A stretch of DNA of 63,275 nt, the filler included, from Choristocarpus tenellus KU-1152 (taxonomy: Eukaryota > Protista > Phaeophyceae), in assembly GCA_964200185.2 (NCBI GenBank). It is 11 parts of 11 records of this genome, joined end to end, with 100 filler letters (N's around TTAATTAATTAA, not from the genome) between each part and the next. Parts side by side here need not be neighbours in the genome. Positions count along the whole stretch, not along the records: positions 37,554 to 45,831 come from CAXNAD020004901.1; positions 45,932 to 48,697 come from CAXNAD020024933.1; positions 48,798 to 52,029 come from CAXNAD020021371.1; positions 52,130 to 55,909 come from CAXNAD020017967.1; 7 more parts are not named here. One strand, given 5' to 3'. Below, piece after piece: positions 39,847 through 52,514 of the stretch (positions are counted from its first letter, which is position 1; every line of letters begins with the position of its first letter). The notes beneath the pieces are model-generated. The model saw only the letters and a program-made list of their open reading frames with translations, was not told where the DNA came from and did not search any database. The position numbers were made by a program, and so were the translations under genes.

Positions 39847-42800
39847 ATGGATCCGACAACGATTTTCTCGGCCGAAGATCCACTAGGCCTCCTGAGCAGA
39901 GACGATGCAGGGCCTGACACCTCGGCAAGATCACCGTTGTCATTTAATGTGGACTGCACAAAAGGGGATGCCTGTGCAGTGATCGACGCAATCTTGCTAC
40001 GATCAAGGCAGGTCCGGGAAAAAGTGTTGTCCCAGCAGGTGCGATTGTGATTACTTTGTCAATGGGACCCGTCCATGAGATCCCTTCTGAAACTTACGCT
40101 CCAGAGGTGTGTGCGCACCAAATTATTGAACCATCATATTTTGACGACAATGCTCTCGATGTCTTCGTTTCAAAACCACTCTAATTCGATCGCTCTTGCA
40201 AGCGGAAGTACTCTCTCAAGGTTATGCCAAGCTCCCCAACTGCGTCAATTGTGGAGACTCAAGCGGGAGATTTTAACGTTGAGCTTATCCCAGAACCAAT
40301 TTGACTACCACCAAACACAATTCCGATATTATCATGTCCAACAGTGAGGCATTATGTGTGTTTGTCACGTCACCACAAGCTGCAGAATATATTCGCAGGT
40401 ACCCTCTGGTATCTCCTCCACCACTCATGGCACCTGTGAATTCGAGTCCCCCAACCACCGAAAGAGTGCCAAAGATATCTATTTTCAATCCCTTCACTTT
40501 GTTCTAACTCTAGGGCACTCTATCTCTATCGTTGGCAGGTCCGAATCATTGACAAATACGAAACCGAGAATCGGGGCATTGCCAAAGAATTGTCACTTCT
40601 ACCTGCAAGTTACGAGCAATATCGTGTTACCAAGGAACAAGGAACGTCTTCCCATTGGTGGAGGAGGCAGGGGGTAGGCGATCAACTACCTGTTAGTCAC
40701 CCATTGCTGTTTCATCTGGCTGGTAGCCCTCGAAAAAATATATTGCAGAAAGATGAGAGTCGGGGTTTTGCTTTAACCACAGAAGGCGGGACCAGGGAAG
40801 ATGGTCAAGTGGTGGAAAGGGTGAACTCCGCTTCTGGATTGGACCAAAATGATAAAGGGATACCTAAGACTGAAGCGTTGATAGCAATCCTTCTGGAAGA
40901 CAACTGCCAGGAGGCGGAAGGATCTAGAGGAAATAATAAGCGATCAAGATCATCATCAACCAGGTAAGTGCTGTAGGGTTAGTGTTGGTAACATTCATGA
41001 GGTGGGAAAAGTTGGAGGGCAAAAAATTATCATCACTGAAGTTGCAGTGGAAATAGGTATTCAGGCTATGAATTTGTCCCTGCATCCTTACACACATAAT
41101 TTCACAGCAGAAACACGGACTTAACAGAAGTTCAGCAGCATGAATTGCAGTGTAGCTTGAAGACAAGAACTCCATGATCCCTGCTAGACCTTGTTCAATC
41201 TGTGCTTATTTACAGGCCACACAACATGGTTGTCCTCTAACATAAACTTGTTGTGACATCATTAACTTCTCATTGTATAGATCTAGAATAGTCTACCATT
41301 TGTACTAAAAACATATGAAGAAATGATTAATTATAATTGACCTAGATACACAACTATGGTAATACCAGCAGATAGGTGGCATGATGCGATCCCTCTAAAA
41401 TCAATTGCAATGTTGAAGAGTTTGCACTCAAGGTAACCCCTACCCAGCCATCTAGCGCTTCACAAGCTTTGGTGTTCACTATCACCAGGCCATCACTCTG
41501 GTCTCTCACACAGCTGCTATCGAAAAGTTCCACTCTTTCTTGTAGTACTTGAGCCATCTTGAGGGGACGGTAGGAAAGGTTGACGGCTAGTGCCAAACTC
41601 TGCCACCTGTGTTTGTCCTAGAATTTTTCCTATTGAGACTGAGACACACCTAAAGTATTTTTTTCTAGTAGGAGGGCACTTGCAATCACAACCGAAAATC
41701 CATGTTGCTTCAAATGGTGATCTCCTAGCACTTTTTCCGTCTTTGGTCTGGTGTTTGGGGAAATCTAATGCAGGATGACCTCGCAAAAAAAAAACTTTAA
41801 TAACAGACTTTAAACTGTCGATCCGAAACTTTTCTTCAAACAAAGTTGGCCATCACTCAAAACAAAAGAAGGTGAATATGTACAACTTGAAGCGGTTTGT
41901 TCCCCTGAACACTGGTCACAATAGAAATTCCCTTTACTATGGTTTGCAGCAGGTCATCAACCCTGTTTCTCTTGGTCGAGGTGTTTCAAGGGGTCCTGTG
42001 GATCGGGTGGGAAAAAATACAGTCTTTGGCAAAGTGAATGAGACACTGTGTTCGGGGACGTAGTGTTCTCTTCCTGCGGACACAATGAGAAAAAACTAGC
42101 AAAATATTTCATTGTATCAAAAAAGAGAAGGATAGCACATGATAAGGATTCAGAAATAGACAGCACAGATGCCAAAGCTTGTGTGATATAGATAGGCGAT
42201 ATATCCATAGAATATGGTGAAATAATGCCCTTGTGCCTACTGCCATTGTTTGTGGACACTAGTACAAAGAAGCACACTTTGAGTGAGAGAAGTCTCTGAC
42301 ATTAGTGTGCATGACAGAGGCGAATACAGAGGTACTAAAGGAGTCAACTCCTAGCACTCCTACATCTCTCTCCGTGTCTTCTTCCATTGAGTAGGGGAAA
42401 CAGCTAATCCCTTCAAATGGTGACATTCAAACAACGATCTTTGCCTTCCGTACCATAGTATCTTAGAGGGGGGGTGTTAAGCCCAGGTTGTCCATTCGAG
42501 GCTTGATGGGGTTCTGCAAGATACCCCAATTTGATGCCTGGGTTTGCAAGTAATTTTCCTTTGGATGTGGTTCAGGTAGGAGGGACGGAAACGGAAGGTG
42601 CGGTCAGACAAAAGAAATTGTTGTTACATCTGGCACGTTCACTCAGATGACACGGAAAGCACTAAAGGTTCACACTGACCCCCCCTCTAGGATATTATGG
42701 ACCATCCACAATTTCCAGGTTCTTTGTTATTGAGGGAATTTCTCCCATGCTCATTTGCCATCACTATCCCTAACCACGTTCCTGAACATAGCTCTCTTGT

Positions 42801-44313
42801 ACCAAATGTATAATAATCTCATCTTACCAATGCTATACTTGAAACAGAGAAAATTTACTGGAAATAATATATTTTTTCTATCTTAACATTGTGTTGATGG
42901 GTCTCAGACCTAAAATGAGTGAGGAAGAGAAGCATTTGGCGTTTCTTGTGCTGAGATCAAATCATCCTCCTCTCTAATATGAACCCAGAACAACATTCTA
43001 TCTAATAGAAAGCCATCTACCCTCCAAAAATCTACTCTGTGCCAGCACAATAGTTCAAGTTCCGAATATCCAGTAGTCAACCCTTACCCCTCTACGAACG
43101 CAAGAAATGGCTTAGGGAAACGTTCCGGCAGGCATGCCCAACTTCAACAACCCAACCGCCACGACCAGCACAAGTTGCAACAGCGGCAGCAGGAGCAGGC
43201 TTGCTTCAAATCCAATCAGAGCACCATTAACGGCGAGGTTCCAGCTCTTTACAAAAGCAAAACGAAGGCCAGGGATAAGGTCTTCAAACTGCTAGACAGG
43301 GCCAGGGAGGAAGAAGGAAATATGGTGAGCTCAGAGGATGATGTGCCGGTCAGGCAAATATTTCTATATAGGGGTGAGAAATTCCAATTTAGTCCTTAAA
43401 GGCTGGAAGTAGACCAATGGCCTTTGCTGACATTGCTATCAGGGAGAAGATGCATGGATAGTAACTTGTACTCCAAAGCTTTTTTTGAAGTATGTGATTT
43501 TGTTGCAAAATGGACCTGATATTTCCTTAGACCAGTATTATTGATCCAACAGTCCTGACGTTACAAACCAGACACAAAATATGAAACACTAAACATATTT
43601 GGGTTTGAACTTGAGCACATTACCCTTTTCATACTTGTGCAAGCCCTCGATTCCAAGAAATGGATAAAATTTGAATAAATGCTGATGACTTAAGAAAATT
43701 ATTTGGTGTGGCAGTACTCGAAAAATATATTTTCATCTCTTTGCTTCTGTGCTGCAGTTCACAATTTGATATTGACCTTTCCTTGTCCCCTTGAAACAAG
43801 AGACCAAAGATTGAGGTGTAGGCCATGTCTTCCTGAAATCTTCATCAACATCAACAGAAAAGAATGCGAGGTGAACAACCTCAACTAACCCCAACCCTTA
43901 CATACACAGATAAAGATAACATGAATTGAGCATTGCCTTGAGCCTGGCATCTGAAGGCTTGATCCTGATCCCAAGGGTCACAGCACAATGTGTGGGAGAA
44001 GATTGATGAAGAGTCTGAGATATATTGAAATGAAAACTTAGGGTTTAATTATGCCGGATTACTTGCAAGGTCCCAACACCAACTTAGCCAGACAAATAAC
44101 TTGTTGGACGTCTGACATTTTGCATTTCCCAACCCCACGTAACATTGCCAGGAGGAAATATTGTTTGGAGATGGAGAGGGAAACGGAGAGGGGGACTACA
44201 ACATGAGTGGTCCGGCACTAACTTCTGCACAGGGTGATTTGCCTCTAGGAGAGCTGAAGCGTAATGCCCTATTCCGTAAGTTGGACAGGGCCAGGGTTAA
44301 AAACAACAAGGAG
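39847..44313 (+). CDS. Multi-exon hypothetical protein: exons ~39847-40038, 40539-40963, 42908-42947, 43169-43324, 44152-44313 (3' end uncertain)
   Basis: The ATG MDPTTIFSAEDPLGLL starts a chain of phase-compatible GT-AG exons (0,2,0,0) giving a charged, coiled-coil-like protein. The donor at 42948 is weak. No family recognised. Confidence 0.6.
41350..42300 (-). mobile_element. Probable decayed hAT transposase relic inside an intron of the + strand gene
   Basis: Ordered remnants D.AAN, VIKVFF..H and HRWQSL resemble the hAT motifs D.AAN, K.F..H and TRW.S, with many stops and frameshifts. Confidence 0.3.
42450..42702. mobile_element. TIR element related to family A termini, with distinct internal sequence
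   Basis: CCATAGTATCTTAGAGGGGGGG...CCCCCCCTCTAGGATATTATGG. Confidence 0.7.
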
Positions 44314-44695
44314 GTGGGTACTCTAGCCGCCATACCGAATTTCAAGGCTTTGTCAAGACAGCGTCCACCTGTGATTCTGGAGTATCAGGGCAAGGGTCGC
44401 ATGTTTCTGCTTGAGTGAAACGATGTGAGAAGGAGGTTGATTCCTGGCACCTTTAGTTTTAAAACCACATTGAACCTTCTTTAATATATAAACCTTGCCT
44501 GCGCCTGAAATTGAGCTATTTTCCTTTTGAGGGGGTGCCTAGGAAAGAATAAATAAGATTTAACTGTAAGCACCTCGGTAGATGAAAGCTCCTCCACAGT
44601 GCTAAACCACACGTGTACTGTATGGCAGTCATATGGAGCCCCAAAAAAATGAACATCATCCTTGGATTAGATGGAATCTCTCTAGCATATGTACA

Positions 44696-44724
44696 TAGGG
44701 TTAGGGTTAGGGTTAGGGTTAGGG
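44696..44724 (+). repeat. Interstitial telomere-type (TTAGGG)n
   Basis: tagggttagggttagggttagggttaggg. Shorter or degenerate tracts also lie at 27437-27453, 30095-30141 (C-strand) and 39290-39303. Confidence 0.9.
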
Positions 44725-45093
44725 AAAAAAAGTGTAAAAGTGCAATTCTGCCATTACTAAATCACAATAAGCTGGTAATACCAAGAATATTAAAACCATT
44801 GATAATGATAAGAAAAAACAGTCCAAGCTTGGGAAGGTAGAGGATATCGCAAGGCCAACGATATGCTACGCATGCTTTGTTCTTTGTGTTGGAGGGTGAT
44901 GTGGAGCAAGCAGTAGAATACTCTGTATGTCTTAGAGTTATCCTAATACGTTACTTGTGTCTATCTACTGCATTCACTGGACATTTGAATACTTCGTACC
45001 TACTGCAAATAAAATAATAAAATGCAAATAAAATCGATTCACAAATGAAGAAGGAAATGCAGTGATAGCTGTAGGGGTAGTGCAGACAGCTCA

Positions 45094-45375
45094 GAGTGAA
45101 AGTATCTTAGAGGGTAGGAGTTTTGCCCTCTTTGTCCGTTTGGGGCTTGGCTTCCCACGGTCTTTTAAGACATTTTCCTACTCTCAAATGGTTTGGAGTA
45201 GGTTAAATGAATACGTTTTGGAGTAGGTATCATGTATAAAACTATGAAAAGGTGTGTCTGGGACAAGGATATTGGCACTTGCTAACAAACACAATAGCCA
45301 AAATTCATCCAATCGCCACATTAGATTTATGACCCCGAAACGGACTTGGCTCTACCCTCTTAAATGCTTTGACTC
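45094..45375. mobile_element. MITE family A full copy
   Basis: GAGTGAAAGTATCTTAGAGGGTAG...CTACCCTCTTAAATGCTTTGACTC. Confidence 0.85.
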
Positions 45376-46052
45376 TATCCCTGCTGGACTATTTCATGAT
45401 TTTGGGGAATCAGCCACACCATATGCCAGATCATCGATCCACCATTTGCTTCAATGCACCCTTCAAACATGCATTACGTGGAAGGTAGAGTGCCAACCAC
45501 CCTTTCGGACATTTTTTGCAATAGCATGCTACTTTAGCTTACTCACATATCCTCTTCCATACATTCAGTGGAATCAATTGGCCTACAAAAGGATGCAAGG
45601 AACTGTGACAGTGTAACAGAATCTACAGTACATATTGAATGGCGGACTCAACTAATTAAACCTCGATTTAGTCAACAAGATGTTGGCATTGGTGCTACTT
45701 TACGAGCTTGCTTTCCCTTGATTGACTGGATTTGTGGAGCAAAACCCTATGACTGTGTAGTGAGTGAAACTATCTTAGAGGGTACGAATTTTTCCCTGTT
45801 TGTCCATTTGTGGGGCTTGGCTTCCCATGGGNNNNNNNNNNNNNNNNNNNNNNNNNNNNNNNNNNNNNNNNNNNNTTAATTAATTAANNNNNNNNNNNNN
45901 NNNNNNNNNNNNNNNNNNNNNNNNNNNNNNNCACAAACCACCCCTCCCCCCAAGATACTTTGACCCAATTATGCCCCTCAAATTTCAATGTTAAAAATTA
46001 TCTGATGATTCTCAATACTTCAGTCTGGGCTTATGAGCCACGTGTTAGAATT

Positions 46053-46232
46053 CACTCAAAGTATCTGGGGGGGGGGGGGTGGTTTGTGAGGGGGCGTCCG
46101 TTTCAGTCAAACAACTCTTTTTTTTGCTGACATTTCAAATCCGATACGTGCGACCAAATCGCACCAAAAAAGTTAAAATCGAAAAAAGGGTGAAAAACGG
46201 ACGCGACACCCCAACCACCCAGATACTTCAAT
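46053..46232. mobile_element. MITE family C copy
   Basis: CACTCAAAGTATCTGGGG..GTGGTTTGTGAGGGGGCGTCCGTTTC...CCCAGATACTT. Partial copies lie at 45932-45966 and 48646-48697. Confidence 0.75.
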
Positions 46233-48099
46233 TATTGAATGGGGCGTGTTTTAAATTAGTGTTGTAGTGTTATCGGTTATTAGTAATCTAGTCACTCAAG
46301 AGGTTTATTGAGACAAGTCCAGTCTACCAAGTGAACCTCCAGTAAAAATTCAACATTCTACACCATGGGACAATCTCTCCACTCAAAGTAGTCCTTTCAG
46401 ACACCCCAGCCAAAGATCGCCTCCCATCCACCTGATACACCCTCCCCACCTAGTTCTGCCCTCACGATTTGATCTAACCCCTTGGCATTATGATGAATGC
46501 TCTGCAAGCAATCTTCTCCACATTTCAACAAACTAAGCAATAAAATCCTTAAAGGTACTACGTCTATGTGCTCTGCAGGAGTACAATTTTCAATGTACAT
46601 CAGTTGTCTCTCCTGCACTTAACCCCAGCTCTTGTTGAGGCTCTTTCTTGTCCTGGCACAGCTTGAAGTTGGTGCATCCCCTGGGCCCAAGAATGTGATC
46701 TTCCTAGGCATTTCTTTCGGGTGAAGTATATTTTCACAGATACGCAGCACTCAGGTCGTAATCTTGCTGAGAGAGCGTGTTGGCAATAGTATGGGGCACA
46801 CTATTGAAGGGCATGGTCAATATGTGGAGAATACTATCCGCAAAGTTTCCAATATTTTCCCAGTATAATTCGATTTGTTTCGTTTGTTTGGTTAGGCAGT
46901 TTATTGGAGGGACCATTATTAATATATCATTCATGAATAACAACTTGTACGTTGCTCAAGAAATACGAAAATGAAAGAAAAACAGAAGCAATAATTACAA
47001 CATAGGGCTAGTTTCTAAACCCTGACCAAGCAAGTAGCAGCTGACGAGTAAGGGACCATGGGTGGACCGACAAGGAATTCGCTCCACAACTTCACTACGG
47101 TATGTTAATAAATACAGTTGCGTCAGGAGATTTGGCAAAGCAGGTTGAGTAATCCCTATCTTAGCCTCTCCTCTCAACATCTGGTCAATAAGCCCCGACT
47201 GACTCAACTCAGAGCAAATAGTGCTATAATCAACAGGCCCAAGGTCACTGTAAGTGTGGGCTTGTCACTTGCACAACTGCGCGCAATTATAATACCCTCG
47301 TTCACACCACCATAGGATGAGGAACTGAGGCTGCTGGTTTGCTCAGTCGAAGATGAATCTAGGCTAGTACTGGTTGAACTGCTGGTTTGTTCGGTTGAAG
47401 ATGAATCGAGGTTGTTACTGCTTGAACCTGAGGAAGTGGTATCACAAAAGTGATTACGCAGGAGGGGTTAGGATCGGTATAAGAGGTGCGAACTATTTGG
47501 AAGAAGGTGGTTTGCTGTGATTGTGTCGGTCAATATGTAGAATACACAACTGTACAGGATGAGACGTAATAGGTTAGAGTTTCTTTCTCTTTGGCATCTT
47601 CATTTTACAGTCTATTTTGTACCAATGAGCTTTCTTTTAGAGAGGGTGGGCTTCCATGCATTTAATCAAAGTGGGTCAGTGATAGGGAGCTATGATAAAG
47701 CTTCATGCTGTGGATATAGAAATAGGTCTGTCTGAGCAGAAGCTCCACACCGAGCTATTCACACTCTTCCCAACCACATCCCTGACATTTGGCTGTATCA
47801 TTGTTATACATAGTCCAAAAGACACCAAGAGAGGAAGATAATACTCTGGACTATAATACTGGATTTACCTGAATATCAGTAGAAAAAGACAAGGCGAGGC
47901 ATTTAAAAATAGGAGGAACAACGACAAGCAGCTTTGCTCCCATGAAGAAATTACTGATATATCAGAAGGATAATACCCGACCCCACGTAAACCGTTATAC
48001 CATACAAACATCAAATATACATTGTTCCAATACCACACAACCTACGGAATGTCAAGACTAAGATAAACCTCTTCGTCAAGCTCCAATCCCCCGTGACCG

Positions 48100-48640
48100 T
48101 AAATTAAACCTGGGAATTGTCCCTTCTCTAAATTGGGAACACCAATAACCTGCAGAACGACAAATCGCAAATTGTTATAGCTTGCTCCGCATCTCTAAAC
48201 CAAAAATGCCAGGAGAATTTTAACCTCATCTCCAAGGTATACTTAATCCATTGGATGACCTCCATTACTGTACAGCACCAAATCCCCAACAAGCAGGTCG
48301 ATCCAATATATATGTCTATTTCTTCTTGTCCATCAAACTCCAAACACTTCTACAACTCCGTCATCCACGCTTTCTCATCCCCACATCCATATTTCGGTCA
48401 TATTTCAACCCCATCGACACTGACTACAAACCACACCAGCCCTCTCTTACACACCTGATTCGATCTTCAAAGTAGTCTTTCCCAACGCCATTTGTATTTC
48501 AGGCATTGCAATAGAACTCATCGTACGTGCCCTCAACTTGATTCTCCACCCATTCACACTCATACGGCTTGTTGCCGAAGCAAAATATTTTGCTGGATGC
48601 ACCCAAGGCGATAGACACCTGGCACAGCAACACCGTACCG
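48100..48640 (+). mobile_element. Decayed non-LTR (LINE) reverse transcriptase fragment
   Basis: LLDAPKAIDTWH at ~48590-48625 resembles the LINE RT motif LD..KAFDT.WH. The region is C/A-rich and heavily disrupted. Confidence 0.5.
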
Positions 48641-49107
48641 CATCCGGATCAAAGTATCTTGGGGGGGGGGGTGGTTTGTGAGGGGGCGTCCGTTTCGNNN
48701 NNNNNNNNNNNNNNNNNNNNNNNNNNNNNNNNNNNNNNNNNTTAATTAATTAANNNNNNNNNNNNNNNNNNNNNNNNNNNNNNNNNNNNNNNNNNNNTCA
48801 CTTTTTCTGATTTTGGTCCAAATGGACACCATGGTGTAGACCCCCCCCCCCCTCCCAGATAATTTACTTTGGGTCTTTAGGCCCAGTGAATTGCGGTGGT
48901 TCTGGTGTGACGGCAGGAAAGAGACAGTGGTCTTTTGTTGCACACGGCATGGTCAAAGTGGGCGTGATGTAGATGGGAAGGACACTACTTGGTCTGGGTG
49001 TTGGTGACCACAAACCAGATCCTCACCAGCCTTGGTATGGCATATCCATCCACGTTACGACATGTCTGCCCAGTATTACCCAAAACATGCCTTAGGGTGG
49101 GCCTTAA

Positions 49108-49448
49108 GACTTTTCTTGAGGTGCCCATCATAAATCTAGGTGATGTAATGATACCACCGATAATCCCATCTATAATGGATAGGTAGATATTCTGTCCAGG
49201 CAATTTATTAAGCATCATATAGAGTGTAAGAGGAGGAGACCTCCCAATAAATAAATGTATGAAAATCTCTATTCCCAAATCACGCCTTTGGGTGAGTCTA
49301 CAGACTTTCTTGAGGTGTCCACCATAAATTCAGGTGACGTCATGAGACCACCGATAATCATGTCTATAATGGGTAAGTAGGTTTCCTGTCCACACTATTT
49401 ATGAAGTATTATAGAGTGTAATCGAAGGAGAGATCACAAAAAATAAAA
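49108..49448. repeat. Tandem duplication, ~195-bp period
   Basis: gacttttcttgaggtg..cataaat..aggtga..ccaccgataatc..tctataatgg..atagagtgtaa occurs at ~49108 and ~49302. Confidence 0.85.
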
Positions 49449-52400
49449 AAAATATCTGTTGCTTGAAGGTTCGACGATGTATTTTTATTATTATCCCCTT
49501 GAGTGGGAAAAGCTAGGCGGATCCTCTTAACTCTTCTGTTTAGGAATCCTCCCACCACTATTGTCCATAAGAGTGACTCATCAGAAGTCAATGGCGTTTG
49601 TTGACCATTTCCCCCCTTCCGATTTGGTGGATCTATGTTGGCTCTACTGTAGATATAACCTTGAAAGAAGTCTTGATGACCCACCCTTATTTGGACAAAA
49701 CCTGAATGACATTTGTCCCAAGTCAAAATGGCGTGCCTTATTTATTGACATGCGTTATATAGGTATACCTTAAAATGGTATACCCTCTGTAACAAGTATT
49801 ATTGTAGAGTAGAAGAAAAGTGGAACCCTCTTCAGAGTGACTCCGAGGTTGAAAAGGGAGGAGTCATGTGAAGGAAAAGCGACGTGTACACCAAACTATT
49901 TGTTCTACATGGGCCATGATGTCAGTATGATGTATTTGTCCTACAAAGGCCCCTACCCCCTCGAACTTACTAACACAGCACATGTCGGACAATGTAACCC
50001 TTGCATAACATATTTTAAGTTGTTACATTTATGTAGACATCGGATGGATGTTGAAGAGCAAATGATCACCAAAGTTGTCCTGAACAAAGGGTGTTTTGGG
50101 TTTGAATTGCCCGCAGCATTTGCCGATCAACAGATGCTATTGAGCAAGTAATTTGCCCCAGTAAGTGTTGTCCAGGACAACGGACGTTACAAACCAAATG
50201 GGAATGAGGGTTTGATGGGTAACAAACGTTATGAGCAAGTAAAAATAACAAATATGTATTTTCATTCTTTCTTCTTCCAAAGTTCTTCCATTTCTCGCCT
50301 TCTTCTCTCCTCTAAAAGAAGTGTACAGAATATTATAATACAATACTATTGAGGCTATCATTATTTCTGATTCATGATCTTCACATTAGAGTCTAACCAA
50401 CTGGGAGGTATGTCGGGTTGCATTTTAAGGATCCTGAGAGAGGACAAAGATATTATATTTTGAACAATTGCGGAAAGAGCCTTTACTGAATTGTGATGTC
50501 ACTTTATGTGTGGAAAGGGGGAATATCAATTTTGTTTACACTATTGTGCGCATTAGCAAGTGAAATAGATTGTATCGCACAGGGTAAGAAAGATGGCTTA
50601 AAGTGCAACACGTTCCAACCCTGCCTACCTCTAAACTGGTTTGCCTCATTAGTCTGATGTGAGGGGACCAAAACCCGTTCTCAGAAGAAAAAAAAGAGTA
50701 GTAGCACAAAATTAGAAAACACAAAATACTGTATAATGGAATGAAGAAACCGACAACATAAGGGAAATAATAATAAACAAGGAAAAACTCAATGTATCTA
50801 AGAAGAGCAACCAAGAGAAAATTAAAGGCATAACTCACAAAAAAATATGGGATAGGATATCGCCAGGTGTTATTTTTGTTGAAGAGAGGGAAAATAATAT
50901 GATGTTTCAGCGTCAAACCCAGTCCATCCAATCCGAACACCAGTTGTCACATGACACACAAAGGAAATAGGAATGTGATATAATAGTGCAACCAAAAAGA
51001 AAGAGGCAACGAGAAAAGCAGCCTTCTGCAGGAAGTGGTGATTAAGTATGTGCCCCGATCAGGTTGGATTGCTTTACTTGCTGTTTTAAGGATGGCGCAC
51101 ATCAGCTCTAGCGTACTACTCGTCCATGAAGTTCTTTGTTCTACCAACCATACACACACTCTCGTACGGCCTGTGCTGGTTTGTTGGCCTCGTGTTCCAT
51201 CTATCTACAGTGCGGTACCAAAATTTTCGAAAGGTCCTCTTGGAGGCACATCCACCAGTTCTTCTCCCGTCCACCTTGCTTCCACTTTCCACCAATAAAT
51301 CGGAAGTGAGCTGGATTACGGAACAGAAATTAAACGAACAGATTCAAATGTTGTCCTCACAACAGACGAGAAAACTTAAGTGTAGACAACAGACGTTTTA
51401 GAGCATGTGTCACCCTAACATTGTCATGGCAACGGATACTGCAGAGGAAAACCCCCCAAACCTTGAATTGAACAAGTAACATCCCTTATTAGCCCGAATA
51501 TGACCCAACGTTCTAGGGTAAAGCTATGCAGCTTTGAGTGTTTATGATATCTCAGGTGCGTATTATTGTAAATATTCCTGGATTATTACTGAGCCAAAGT
51601 AAACAAGAGGTACCCAGGTTCTGGTCGTTTTCCATTTTATGGCACCTTTATAAATCTTTTGCAATTGACCTATATTGCTACGGACGAAATGCTAAATTTG
51701 ACTCGAGAACGTTTATATCTCTGTTGTTTGAAAAATATTGTCACAGTTCAGAAGATATCCTGTACGCATTTGCAAAAATAGACAATTTTGTACATATTTG
51801 CCAGCATCCTTGAAATACAACTCTCCCATTTACTTTGACTCACTCCATTATGGTTTAACGCTATTCAGAACTCGAAATTATAATAGTAACAACACAAGTA
51901 ACAGTGGATTTTAAAAATGGAGGATGGAGCGGGGCTATGAGGATGGTTGTTCTGCGAAAACGGTCTTGAAAAAGTACCGAAAGGTTTTTTTTTGCAACTG
52001 TTTTTGCACTTGGAAGGGCCCGGGATATGNNNNNNNNNNNNNNNNNNNNNNNNNNNNNNNNNNNNNNNNNNNNTTAATTAATTAANNNNNNNNNNNNNNN
52101 NNNNNNNNNNNNNNNNNNNNNNNNNNNNNCTGATTATATTACATCCATGTGTGTGTTTTATACACAGTTTGCAGAGTGGCATTGATGCAATTTGAGAGCA
52201 GTCACGAAAGAAATAATAATGAGTAATGTACAACTGTCATCTTCTCCTGGTAAGGAGGAAGAGTGGAAGAAAGAACAAACAGAAGAAAATCAAGACAATA
52301 TGTGATGCAACTCAAGTGACGTACACTATACTATACTATTTGTATGAAATGCAGAGCGACTGTTCTGTACTAAGGTGTTCTGGTTGTAGTTAGTTGATGA

Positions 52401-52514
52401 GGTGATGACGAACTAGTGAACGTAACGCCCAGAACGTAACAGACCAAGCAACAGTCAGTGTTGACTGGTGGAACTGTATCGTATCAATGAACAAACAGAT
52501 GAGGAGCCTATGTT

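Noticed and set aside
44696-44724. True chromosome end
   Set aside because: Only about five repeats, embedded internally in the contig.
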